A stretch of 64,000 nt of DNA from Eledone cirrhosa (GCA_964016885.1 OZ024747.1:88722001-88786000); one strand, 5' to 3'. Positions 49,601 to 60,923 are shown, numbered from the stretch's first letter. Translations and numbers: made by a program. Notes: generated from the sequence alone by a model not told the origin.

Positions 49601-51015
49601 GTATTCTTTGATGGGATGTGAACAGGTGCAGGCATGGCTCTGTAGTTAAGAAGTTTGCTTTACAACCTCAAGACTTGGACTTTATCCCACTGTCTGGAAC
49701 CTTGTCTTTATAATAATAATAATAATGAAAATATTGTGTACAGTGCTCAGGTGCACTACAACTCATCAAAAGTGTATGTATAGTACATAGGGTAATGTAC
49801 AAACGTCAGGAAAATGAACAGTACATGAGTCATTATATACACGTGTGCATGTGTATGGAAGGGGGGGACATCAGGTGTAGTTTTGGCGAATTTCGGGAAG
49901 CATGAGGGTTTTAAAGGATGCAGTGTCTCGGCAACTAACAACTGACACAGGCAGTTTGTTCCATGCTTCAGCATCTCTAAGCGTGAAAAAATGTTCTTAG
50001 GCTGATCAGTGCCTTGTGAGTGAATTTGATAAATAGAAATTGCATCAAGCCTATTGCCACAAACATCATCAATAACTCTGACAGTTGTTTATATTCCCCA
50101 TAGACCATTTGACTAGCATCAGCAGCATGTTCCATACTTAGAATAAGGTATGGGTTGAACTCAGGAAGCGCATCTGACTGTAAAAAAACCTGCCAGAAAA
50201 GCACATTGTCCAACCTATGCAAGCATGGAAATAAAAACGTAATATGATGAGGATGATAACATTGTTTAACTGTTGCCTTTCATTTTTGCTAACAGGACCG
50301 AGTAGATGAATATGACTATAGCAAATCTACGGAAGGGCAGACCAAACAATCTGAACATTGGAGAAAACATACCATCAGTTATTGTGATCCTGAAACTGGA
50401 AAAGTAAGTTGACTCTCTTTATTTTCTTAGCACTAAAATTTTCACTAAAACATTCAGAAATTTTAATTTAAAATATTTTTTTTTTAAATTTAATTTTTTT
50501 TTTTCTTTTCAATGATAGTTCAATGACAAAAGCCATTAGGAAAAGATTTTAGGTATATGTTAGGAGAGTAAGATTTAATATTAATTAAGGAAGTTGTTGC
50601 TAATTTACAGATAAGGCAACAGCACCATTTTCTTATAGTCATTTTACTGAAAAATAAAACCAGCACAGCAACTGTAGCTGTGTAAAATATACTCGGCAGT
50701 CAACAGGTTAACAGCTTTCACAAACTGAATTGTTGCTAACAGTTTTCCAGTATTGTTACATATACACACACGTGCACATATGTAGATGCATACATACAGA
50801 TGTGCACATACAGATGTCCACACTCACAAAGATAGTCAACAATAACAGCTTCAGCTTATACATGTTTATTAGACTTATGGTTTTTACATCTCAAACCTTT
50901 GTTGTTTGTCTCTTTTTTTTTTTGAAAGGTTGAACTTCTCTACCGACCTGTCATTGATGACACATTAAAGCCAGAGGATTGCCCACATGTCAAGCCAGCA
51001 ATTCGTTCTTATTAA
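31345..51015 (+). CDS. SDHA: Succinate dehydrogenase [ubiquinone] flavoprotein subunit, mitochondrial; 15 coding exons, 1998 nt, 665 aa
   Basis: Exons joined by hand with GT-AG borders and consistent phases: 31345-31404, 35065-35160, 35793-35954, 38025-38168, 39068-39232, 41631-41779, 42637-42761, 43310-43478, 44251-44446, 45092-45292, 47206-47298, 47971-48069, 48169-48312, 50296-50403, 50929-51015. Motifs present: FAD-binding [11 protein letters not shown], covalent-FAD His in [62 protein letters not shown]-terminal PAIRSY*. Confidence 0.97.
32740..33632 (+). mobile_element. CR1-like LINE fragment with internal deletion in SDHA intron 1; matching 3' end at 49708-49998 (-)
   Basis: [33 protein letters not shown]; then [25 protein letters not shown] and an (ATT)n tail. 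Confidence 0.88.
35065..35160 (+). CDS. SDHA: SDHA exon 2 ([32 protein letters not shown])
   Basis: tttag|GTG acceptor and CAA|gtgagt donor; RxFHF resembles the presequence region of vertebrate SDHA. Confidence 0.85.
35793..35954 (+). CDS. SDHA: SDHA exon 3 ([21 protein letters not shown]...RSHTVAAQ)
   Basis: ttcag|ATA ... CAG|gtgagt; GxGxxG motif and flavinylated His. Confidence 0.97.
38025..38168 (+). CDS. SDHA: SDHA exon 4 ([35 protein letters not shown]...VIE)
   Basis: ttag|GGA ... GAG|gtaagt. Confidence 0.97.
39068..39232 (+). CDS. SDHA: SDHA exon 5 ([10 protein letters not shown]...[15 protein letters not shown])
   Basis: ttag|CTG ... AGG|gtatgt. Confidence 0.97.
39500..39622 (+). 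mobile_element. PLE family-B pLTR terminal fragment (no hammerhead) in SDHA intron 5
   Basis: caagtgaaa...atgaccctcccaaagtatagcaatatc..tttcaa..cacgttttcacataagaaatcttgc matches 22465-22585. Confidence 0.75.
39640..41560 (+). mobile_element. 5'-truncated RTE-clade LINE in SDHA intron 5 (sense orientation), RT ORF open for ~520 codons
   Basis: [82 protein letters not shown]; (GAT)n tail at ~41548-41560; no endonuclease domain in this copy. Confidence 0.93.
41631..41779 (+). CDS. SDHA: SDHA exon 6 ([17 protein letters not shown]...KNTVIATG)
   Basis: tttag|TCT ... GG|gtgagc, ends in phase 2. Confidence 0.96.
42637..42761 (+). CDS. SDHA: SDHA exon 7 ([19 protein letters not shown]...QFHPT)
   Basis: ccag|T ... 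G|gtaaat. Confidence 0.97.
43035..43210 (-). mobile_element. tRNA-derived SINE, second family; copies at ~4285-4480, 4500-4640, 4660-4800, 6390-6580, 12565-12765 and 54740-54900
   Basis: Minus strand ggcagtatcggtagag...gagttcaaatcccgccgaggttgactttgcctttcatcc..ggggtcgataaaataaagtaccag. Confidence 0.8.
43310..43478 (+). CDS. SDHA: SDHA exon 8 ([17 protein letters not shown]...[19 protein letters not shown])
   Basis: caag|GT ... AG|gtgagt. Confidence 0.97.
44251..44446 (+). CDS. SDHA: SDHA exon 9 ([13 protein letters not shown]...[18 protein letters not shown])
   Basis: ctcag|G ... CAG|gttagt. Confidence 0.97.
45092..45292 (+). CDS. SDHA: SDHA exon 10 ([47 protein letters not shown]...KISQ)
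   Basis: atag|GTT ... CAG|gtaggt. Confidence 0.96.
47206..47298 (+). CDS. SDHA: SDHA exon 11 ([18 protein letters not shown]...LKMQK)
   Basis: ttcag|AAT ... AAG|gtaatt. Confidence 0.95.
47971..48069 (+). CDS. SDHA: SDHA exon 12 ([18 protein letters not shown]...NDLK)
   Basis: ttcag|GCC ... AAA|gtgagt. Confidence 0.95.
48169..48312 (+). CDS. SDHA: SDHA exon 13 ([21 protein letters not shown]...[12 protein letters not shown])
   Basis: ccag|GTG ... AAA|gtaagt. Confidence 0.96.
50296..50403 (+). CDS. SDHA: SDHA exon 14 ([10 protein letters not shown]...[17 protein letters not shown])
   Basis: acag|GAC ... AAA|gtaagt. Confidence 0.95.
50929..51015 (+). CDS. SDHA: SDHA exon 15 coding part ([28 protein letters not shown])
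   Basis: aaag|GTT ... TAA; conserved SDHA C-terminus. Confidence 0.96.
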   Translation, partial: VELLYRPVIDDTLKPEDCPHVKPAIRSY

Positions 51016-51097
51016 GTTATTTTGTAAGTTTTTTTTCATTCAGCTATTTTATATTTACTTCTTTATCATCAATAGTTTCAAATATATTATTGATAAT

Positions 51098-51369
51098 GAC
51101 TTCTATATATTACTGATGACATAACTGTATTACAACAATGACTTCATATATTACTGAGGTACTCAGGCCAGATGACAGCATTGTATTGCAACAAAGACTT
51201 CATATGTTACTGAGGTACTCAGACCAGATGACAGTACTGTATTGCAACAAAGACTTCATATATTATTGAAGTACTCAGAACATATGACTACTGTATTGCA
51301 ACAAAGACATCATATATTACTGAGGGACTCAGACCAGATGACAGTACTATATTACAACAATGACTTCAC
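51098..51369 (+). repeat. ~56-bp minisatellite (about 4.5 copies) in the presumptive SDHA 3'UTR
   Basis: Unit approximately gacttcatatattactgaggtactcagaccagatgacagtactgtattgcaacaaa. Confidence 0.9.
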
Positions 51370-52014
51370 AAGTGTTCTGCATTCCCTCAGTTCACAATAG
51401 TTGATGATCCTCTAAAAAGCACAAGTGCTATGTACATTAGAGTACCACACAAATATCAAGGACTAAACAGCTGTTAGATTCACATGAAGATTCTTGATAG
51501 CATCCAATAATATGCTATCTGACTGACAAATGTGCACTTATTAACATGTTATAAACATTAGTCTACCTATGTTTCGTTTCTACTCATTACTACAATGGCC
51601 TCTACTCATTTGAATTAGTGAGGCATTCTCAATACACTTATCTACTGGGGTAAAAATATTTGTATATTTCTTGTCTTGTACCAGTGTTAGAATTTATTAT
51701 TAATGATAATATTTTTCACATTTTAATTATTATGTATCTACTTTATTATTGCAGCTAGAAAACATAGAAGTCTTAGTGTTCCTCACTTCTCTTAGACTTT
51801 GCCTCACCTCTTACAAATCTATAGTTCTTGGTATCCCTGTTTTCACAACTGGAAAGTAACGTATATAAATATGCATATGTGCATGTCCACACACACACGC
51901 GCACACACACACAGGATTAAAGAGTGAAGATGATGATAAAATGAATAAAACCTTTTTTTGGAGAACTTTCTGAGTTCAACCAGTTTTGTATAAACATTAA
52001 AAACCTTATTAAAA

Positions 52015-52020
52015 AATAAA
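52015..52020 (+). terminator. Candidate SDHA polyadenylation signal (alternative AATAAA at 51944)
   Basis: AATAAA followed by a T/GT-rich tract about 1 kb after the stop codon. Confidence 0.4.
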
Positions 52021-53429
52021 TGTACCATTTTTATTATTTATTGTTATTGGTGGTTTGCACAGTAAATATGTTAATTATTGGGTCTTCTGCTCTCAAGTTT
52101 CAACAAGGACCTTAAACTCACAGTAATTTACTGAATATACTTATAGTACCCAACAGTTTTAGTGGTATCAAGCATGAAACTCCAGTGACAATTGGAATTA
52201 TATTGATGCTGTGAGGTGGTATTGATCACTTCCGTGCAATTTTCAACTCCAAATCAGTATATTATTGTAATTACAAATAGCCATACACACATATAAGAAA
52301 TTACATCCGATATTTGCTTATCTTTATTATTCCTTAACCATTTAGCATTTACATTACTTTATATTTACTACTTATTTTCATGGTAAGGGCTTTATCTCGC
52401 ATAATATTGAATTTATGAGATTTTAATATTATTTATTTTGTGAACAATACCTTAACATTAGTATGAGTGACTAGTTACGGCCAGTTTGAACAGAAAGAGG
52501 AGAGAATTCTGGCAGAATACAGCTGGTTTAAATGCTAAAGGATTAATTTCTATATTGGTTTTTCTCTTTCTTTTTCTATTTGTTTGTTTTTGCAGATTTC
52601 ATCATAGTCAAAGATAGATGGTGATTCTTAACAGACATACTCATACACACATGTCATCATCATCTAATGTCTGTTTTTCCCTGCTAGCAAGTGTTGGATG
52701 AGTCATCAGTGGACAATTCAGTACTTCATCATCATCTTCGTTTAACGTTCATCTTCCACGCTAGCATGGGTTAGACGGGAATTGTCCCACTTGAGGCAAG
52801 GTTGGTCGGGTGACCATGTCTCGCTCAAATAGGACTATTTGGCAAGTTTTCTACAGCTGGATGCCCTTCCTAACACCAACCACATTTACAGTGTGGACTG
52901 GGAACTTTTTACCGTGTTACCTACACGGCCACATTACAGCGTGGACTGTGTTTTTTTCTCGTGACACCTACACTTGATGTTATTAACCTTTCAGAAAGTA
53001 AAGCTTTTCAGAACGATTTGGTCAGATTGTAATGTTCGTATGCAACACACACACACACACACACACACGTACACGTGCAGATGGAGTCATTTCATTTGTA
53101 TGATGAATTTAATTTTTTGTTTCAACACATTTCATGCACACACACATAATATGCATGCAATATATACAGTGCTCTAACATATATACAATCTGTAGATGGA
53201 TATCTGCATTTATCCTCTCGTATATATATGTGTGCGTGCAGGTATAGCTATGTGGTTAAAAAGTTTACTTCACAACCACATGACTTTGTGTTTAAATCCC
53301 ACTGTTTGTCACTTTGAGTGAGTTTCTTCTATTCTACTTTCAGGCTGACCAATTTCTTGTGCAGTATTGGTCAGCATGTACAGCATATATACATATCTCT
53401 GGATTTGCATATCTGTAGATATATATACC

Positions 53430-54310
53430 AGGGCCTAGAAAGAAGGGTCTCAAAGTCAACCTGACAAAGACTAAGGTCCTAGTTAGTAGAAGAGAAAACA
53501 GAACTCAGATCTCCTCGGAAATGGCCTTGCTCAGTATGTCTGAAAGGTGTAGGTAGAAATTGCATCCGCTGCCCAAAATGCAAACTATGGGTATGCAACA
53601 GATGTTGTGGGATCTCAGAAAGTTTAGCTAAGAATGTAGGCTTTACATGTAGCAGTTGCACCGGACAGTAAGCAGCAAACTACAGGAAACAAACACTATC
53701 AAATTCTGGGAGGGCTTGGTAGAAACAGTAGACAACTTCTGCTACCTGAGTGACTGAATTAGCAGCACAGGTGGGTGTTCTGAAAATACAGTAGCCAGAG
53801 TAAGAATGGGATGGAAGAAGTTCAGGGAGCTACTACCACTGCCAGCTAGAAAAGGCTTTTCCATCAAAATGAAAGGCAGACTGTATGATACATGCGTACA
53901 AACAGCAATGTTGCATCATAGTGAGACCTGGGCACTGTGCAGAAGATTTGTGTAGATTGGAAAGAAATGAAGCTTGCATGCTCCAATGGATGTGTAATAG
54001 TAATATACGTGAATGTCAAAGCATAAACTAAGAGAAACTAGGCATAAGAGGAATCAAATGCTGTGTGCAGGCAAGGAGATTGCGTTAGTATGGTCATGTG
54101 ATGCCTATGAATGAAGACAGCTGCATAAAAAGGTGCAGATCTCTGGCGTTATACAATAATACAGAAGACCCGACTTCCCACGAGCTGTAGAAACCAAGCC
54201 AAAATCAGTTCTGTAAGAGCAAGATATGGTCACCTGACCTAGCATTGCCCACAACAGGACAACTTATCTAACCATGCTAGCATGGAAAAATGGACATAAA
54301 AACAATGATC
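53430..54310 (+). mobile_element. Decayed RTE 3' fragment of the intron-5 family
   Basis: Colinear with 40418-41560 with indels and stops. Confidence 0.88.
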
Positions 54311-54597
54311 ATACATATATCTGATGCGAAACAAACCACAACAGAAACACAAACCCTCCATCTCAATTTTACTTTTGAAAATCATAAAAAAATGTGAAAC
54401 CGGTAAAGTAAATAAATATTCTTAAAAGACTCCAGTTGCATTTCCAATTTCTTTTCCTTATATTTTTACCCGTGTGGGACATTTAAAAAAAAACCTTACT
54501 TTCTTACATAAATAAATATATATATATCAGCTGATGTATACATTAGAGAATTCTATGTATTTTCAACAGTTCCAGTGGGTAGCAGCGATGAGAATAC

Positions 54598-54643
54598 ACA
54601 ATCTTGATAAAGAGCAAAACACTCTGAAACAATTGTCGATTGT
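54598..54643 (+). ncRNA. Hammerhead motif with compensatory U3-A8 core
   Basis: acaatc-TTGATAA-agag caaaaca ctct-GAAA-caattg-TC-gattgt. Confidence 0.75.
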
Positions 54644-54938
54644 TCCTTTCAGCTACCACTAGAAGAAAAGGATGACGTTAGTCATCTAACATGTGGTGTT
54701 TGAGGCAGTTTGCTTGCAAATAAACCGAATATTAATAATTGTTTCTACATTAGGCACAAAGCCAGCAATTACTGGTACTTTATTTTATTGATCCCGTAAG
54801 GATGAAAGGCAAAGTCAACCTCGGCGGGATTTGAACTCAGATTGTAAAGGGACGTAACTATGCTGGAAAGCATAGCGTCCGACCCTCTACCGTTACTGCC
54901 AATAATGTTAGGATATTATTATTATTCACTCTTGAATG

Positions 54939-54970
<32 letters not shown>

Positions 54971-55511
54971 CAAAAAAGAGTTAGGGCCCAATAGCTGAGC
55001 TCTTGCCATTTCAAAAGCTAATTTCAGACTCTGGGATTAGCTGTTGAATTGGCAAAAGCTCAGTCATAGCGCCCCGACTCTTTCTAATATAGTCATACTC
55101 TACTATCCCAAGTATCGAGTTCTCTGCTGAATAATGGTTTAATCCCGATATATATATATACGGTGATGATGTATACATTATATATATATATGCATACACA
55201 CAAACACATTGGAATGTCAGTTCCAGAACGCCTCTCATCATGTACAAATTGGTTTGGCAATAACAGTTGGTAACAAGCTGCTAGTGTCGATGAAAAAGCA
55301 TCACTTGTTGTGTAGTTAGTTACTATGGTGATATCTATCTGTCTTTCACACACAGTCTCTCTCTCACAACATTTTGTATCAGAAAAATAGTTTCAGTTTA
55401 CGAACAACCTTTCAGGAACAAATTAAGTTCATGAACCAACGTTTATATATATATATATATATACATACACACACATATGTATACTCAATATTATTAAGGC
55501 TAAATGATGAG

Positions 55512-55561
55512 TCTTGTTACTCTGGAGTTTCGCTTGTTTATCACAGGGTCATCAGACAAGA
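55512..55561 (-). ncRNA. Hammerhead motif with degenerate stem II
   Basis: Minus strand: tcttgt-CTGATGA-ccctgtgataaacaagc-GAAA-ctccagag-TA-acaaga. Confidence 0.6.
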
Positions 55562-56229
55562 ACTAACGGTTCAATGGCTGACACACATATAAGGAAGACT
55601 TGAGGTGGAGATGTGAGGTAATAATAATAGAGAAGGGGTAATTATAATAGGATGGGCAGGGTGGTGTGGTGAGAAGCACAAATATCAAGCATATTTGATA
55701 TGATTTGATACCTTAAAGTTGTATATATATATATATAGACAAATGGCTGGGTAGACAGATAGGAAGGGCATCCAGCTGTAGAAATCAAGCCAAAATCAGT
55801 TCTGTATGAGCAAGACATGGTCACCTGACCTAGCATTGCCCACAACAGGACAACTCTGTCTAACCCATGCTAGCATGGAAAATAGACATAAAATGGTGGT
55901 GATGATGATGATATATGGATATACACCCAAATATATATATATCATGTTGGTACCACAAAAAAAATCCAGTGTAAAGTGGTTGTGTAGGTGTCACAACAAA
56001 AAGCACCCAGCCCACATTGTAAAGTGGTCATGTAAAAGACATGGCAAGAAGCACCCGGCACACACTGTAAACGTTGTTAGCGTTAGGAAGAGCATCCAGC
56101 CGTAGAAAACCAGCCAGTCCTATATGAGCGAGACATGGTCACCTGAACCAACTTGCCTCCAAATATGACAAACTCGTCTAACCCATGCTAGTGTGGAAGA
56201 TAGACGTTAAACGATGATGATGATGATGA

Positions 56230-56275
<46 letters not shown>

Positions 56276-57135
56276 ATAGACGTATATATTAGGCACGAAA
56301 AGAGAACATTTGTCATGGAAAGATATCAAAAGCGTTACAGATATGACCACCATTCAGTTTATTTTTCTTTCTTTATTAACAACTATATTGTTATTGATGC
56401 CCTCTTTAAGACAGTCAGTTGTGTGTGATTTGAGGAATATTTCGCTACTATGTCTACCAGGTTGAGTGACCATGGAGAGGCTTACTCGCTGATACGTAAT
56501 TGATATTTTACTGGGTAATACTTTTTGATTTACTATCGATTAGATACGATTCAAACTGTTTCAGAATGAATGTATTAAATTATGCCAGGGACTTTTAACG
56601 CATGACACCGGTGGCACTAACCAGTGACACCGTGTATCTTCTATCTCAATTATAACTGAAATTAATCTAATTATGTTATATGTTGTGTAACAATTATCTC
56701 ATATTAAGTTAAAATGTTGATACCATAGGGTAACCTAAATGTTTCAGGGTATTCTATCAGGGTGTTCCATCACCTACATGATTAAATATTTCATTTCATC
56801 GGAAACTACTCTACATTGTGAATCATGTAGTTGTTCCACATTTGTGGACAGTTCGAAATATGTTTAAATCACCAACATCTGAACAATTAGCTCTCCTGGC
56901 CTTTCTTGACTTTGAAATATAAGGTATGTATTATTAACACGCCAGATATTGCGTACTTTTCTATATTTTAATGTTGAGTAAACACGATATATAAGGACTG
57001 TACACATACACACACTCATAATATATATATATATTTCAAATTATAAATGTAAGCTATCGCCGTATTTTGACTAAATAAATTAAAGAAAATTATTTAGCCT
57101 GATAGTGGGGTTAAGAACCCTCGGAGAAATGGAAA

Positions 57136-57175
57136 AAGATGAGTATTGACGTACATGTACGTCAATACTCATCTT
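57136..57175. repeat. Perfect 40-bp palindrome nested in a larger inverted repeat (57038-57062 and 57179-57203)
   Basis: aagatgagtattgacgtaca|tgtacgtcaatactcatctt. Confidence 0.92.
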
Positions 57176-57852
57176 ATGCGGCGATAGCTTACATTTATAA
57201 TTTCAAACTCGCTCGCTGTTTCGAAAATATTCTTACTTGACATATATTTCATTTTATCAGAAACTACGTTACATCGTGAATTTATTAGGGCTATACACGC
57301 AGACTTATGCATATTGTTTGTGTGTGTGTCTATATATATATTAATGAAAAAAGAGTTAGTTGATTTGTAATCAACTGATTCTTATATGTAACAGATGCCA
57401 AGCACTCAACGGTGTAAATTTATCCGTAGTATTATTATATATATTTCGAAGATTTAAAGTTTTATGTATAACATTTTGTCCCCTTCAGACAAAATACATA
57501 CAAGATGTATAATTTTTTCAGATCGGTGACACCCAAGCATATGCTTGGTAGTCATGGATCTGTCCAGCTCATTTGTCTACCAGCATATCATGAAAAAATT
57601 ATACATCTCGTATGTATTTTGTCTGAAGAGGACATGTTTTGCTTTATACATAAAACTTTACATCTTCGAAATATATAGTATCGAGTACTCTGGTGCGTTA
57701 TGGTCCACCTGGTTCCTTACCACACTTCCTTCATTATCTAGCTCCTACCTCCGTAGTGGAGCACTTTCCGACCCTATCACGCCATAATTATATATATATA
57801 AAGTACCAGTAATGCACTGGGTAATTGCTGGCCTTGTGCCTAAAGTAGAAAC

Positions 57853-57914
<62 letters not shown>

Positions 57915-58127
57915 AAAAAAAAAAATTTCGTTCTACATGGCTGAATACAATAAATGTAATCTGAGTTTTTCGAATATTAATAATAACATTCGATTCGTTT
58001 GCAATTTTGCAAACAAGCCTCAATTTTATAGCCATGTCAGGAGAATGAACACTTCATTCTTGCTCTTGTGTTGGCATAGGCTTGTTTGCAAAATTCGAAA
58101 AACTCAGGTTACATTTATATATATATA

Positions 58128-58155
58128 TACTTACACAAGAGCTGCTAGCCAAATA

Positions 58156-58202
<47 letters not shown>

Positions 58203-58320
58203 TTACACAAGAGCTGCTAGCCAAATAACTTTATATATATATATACTGACACAAGAGCTGCTAGCCAAATAACTTTATATATATATATACTGACACAAGA
58301 GCTGCTAGCCAAATAACTTT
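58128..58320. repeat. Four copies of acacaagagctgctagccaaataacttt separated by (TA)n
   Basis: Direct inspection. Confidence 0.9.
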
Positions 58321-58721
58321 TGATATCAATTAGTGGTCAGTTCTAAAGTGAGGGTGAAAGACCAAAGGTCATTATTGAAAGTCTGGATGTGTATATTTCA
58401 CTTTATATTTTTTATTGGAGAAGGTAAGAACGATCACTTGCAGACTCTACTCTAAATAACAGTTTACTATACATTCAAGATTATTTTAAAATTCAATTAT
58501 AACATTCTGTATTCACATTTCGTATTAATGTATACTGCCTGTAATATGTACAGTATATATACACTATAATTAGTAAAAAATACACATTTATTTCTGCAAA
58601 AATTTGATTGCACTGTTTGTTTTCACTTATGTATTTTTTGAAAATGTGATTTATTCATTATAAAAATTAAAAGATAGCATTCTATATCATGGCAACTAAT
58701 ATTTTTAGATCCAGTCCGCCA

Positions 58722-58767
<46 letters not shown>

Positions 58768-59017
58768 CTGCTTTTCAGACTGGTGATAGTGTTTTTTGTC
58801 ACATCATTAGTCTGAAGAGCAGATCGATAATAGAGTCGGTTCCATAACTCTTACAGGTGACCTTGAGACAATCCTCTGCGAAACACGCGGATATGCAATA
58901 AAAATCTAATACATGTAAACGAACTTCCTCGTTTTTTCTAATATATATATAGAGTACTTATCAAGGTACCGCTACCAGTAAACCAGTAATTTACTGAATC
59001 ACCTACATACATATATA

Positions 59018-60870
59018 TCATCATCATCATCGTTTAACGTCCACTTTCCACGCTAGCATGGGTTACATGGGAGTTGTCCCACTTGAGGCAAGGTTGGTCG
59101 GGTGACCGTGTCTTGCTAATATAGGACTATCTGGCAGGTTTTCTACAGCTAGATGCCCTTCCTAACACCAACCACATTTACAGTGTGGACTGGGAACTTT
59201 TTACCATGTTACCTACACGGCCACATTACAGCGTGGACTGTGTTTTTTTCTCGTGACACCTACACGATCTCAATCTCATCTCATTTATTTGGACTAGATG
59301 TTGTGGTACCAACTTTATAGAGAGGGGGTGGTGTTGGTGGGAGTGGGAGGATAGGGTAGGGGTAGTGGATTGGGGTGTATATTTGGTTAAGAGGTGCCTA
59401 CTGACTGTAGGTTTCGCTTTGTACATAGGCAAGGCGGGTCTTCTGTATTACTGCGTAGCGCCATAGATCTCGGTCCAGTGACATTGTCTTAGAGAGGTGC
59501 AAGTGTGTAAGGTCGGAATTTATCAAATCGTCCCAGGTTTTTCTGGGTCTACCTACTCCGTAACTACCATCAATTTTGATCGGCCTGCACTTTTTTATAC
59601 AGCTGTCGTCTTTCATGCGCATCATGTGGCCATACCAACGTAGTCTTCTCTCAAGTAAACAGCATCTGATCCCTCTTATTCCTAATTTCTCACTTAGTTC
59701 ATTTATGCTTTGCCGTTCACGTATATTATTATTACACATCCAACGGAGCATGCATGCTTCGTTCCTTTCCAGTCTACGCAGGTCCTCTGCACGCAATGCC
59801 CATGTCTCACTGCCATGTAGCATTGCTGTTCGTATACAAGCAATCATACAATCTGCCTTTCATTTTTAGAGAGAAACCTTTTGTGGCCAACAGCGGTATA
59901 AGCTCTCTGAACTTTTTCCATCCCGTTCTGACTCTGGCTATTGTACTTTCAGAACACCCTCCACCACTGCTGATTTCGTCACCCAGGTAACGGAAATTGT
60001 CTACTATTTCTATAGAACCATCTGGACAATAGAAGGAGCTAGTATCCTGTGGACACTTGCTACCTATTGCACCTGAGCATCGGCCACATATAAAGTCTAC
60101 GTTCTTAGATAGTTTACCTGTGATCCCACTACATCTTTTATGTACCCATACTTTGCATTTGGGACATAAAATTGAATTTCTGCCTACTCCTTTCCTACAC
60201 ACTGAGCAAGGCCATTTCCCTGAGGGTACCTGTGCCTTATTTTCCTTTCTACAAACTAGGACTTTAGTCTTAGACAAGTTAACTTTAAGGCCTTTTGATT
60301 CTAGGCCATACTTCCATGTTTGGAATTTCTTTTCTTGTTCAGCCATTGATTCAGCTATGAGCGTTAGATCATTTGCGTATAGGAGTTCCCATGGGCAGCC
60401 GGTCTTGAACTCCTCTGTTATAGCCTGAAGGGCAATAATGAATAAAAGGTGGCTAAGGACAGAGCCTTGATGAACGCCAACTTTTACACTAAATTCTTCA
60501 CAATATTCATTATTAATTCTAACCTTACTGACTGTTTCATTATACATAGCTTGTATAGCTCTCACAAGCCATTCATCTACACCTAGTTTTCTAAGAGCCC
60601 ACCAGATAATGAAGCGGGGGACTTTGTCAAAAGTTTTCTCCAGGTCTACAAAAGCTAAGTAGAGGGGTTTACTTTTAGCTAGGTACTTCTCTTGTAGTTG
60701 TCGTACAAGGAAAAGAGCATCTGTGGTACTTTTACCTGACACAAACCCAAACTGCATTTCATCTAGATCAATTCGCGCTGATTAGTTGCGCTAAAACTCT
60801 TTCTGTGACCTTCATGACCTGGTCAACTAACTTAATGCCTCTATAGTTTCCCCTTTACCCTTGTAGCAGT
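59018..60870 (-). mobile_element. 5'-truncated RTE-clade LINE, related to 39640-41560, inactivated (YAND, frameshift)
   Basis: ORFs 59807-60757 and 59398-59847 are homologous to the intron-5 copy; (CAT)n tail at 59018. Confidence 0.92.
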
Positions 60871-60923
60871 TAATGAATATAGAGTAAAATAACAGGAGGC
60901 CGGACAAATTTTTATTTCTGCAA

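Noticed and set aside
51098-51369. 3'UTR repeat as a hammerhead array or let-7 target array
   Set aside because: CTGAGGTA lacks the GA/GAAA core elements, and TGAGGTA is the let-7 seed in sense orientation rather than its complement
57610-57680. Hammerhead at tttgt-CTGAAGA-ggac
   Set aside because: No correctly placed GAAA/UH or closing stem I; at most a decayed remnant
58128-58320. CRISPR-like repeat-spacer array
   Set aside because: Spacers are only (TA)n of variable length, the context is eukaryotic and no cas genes are present
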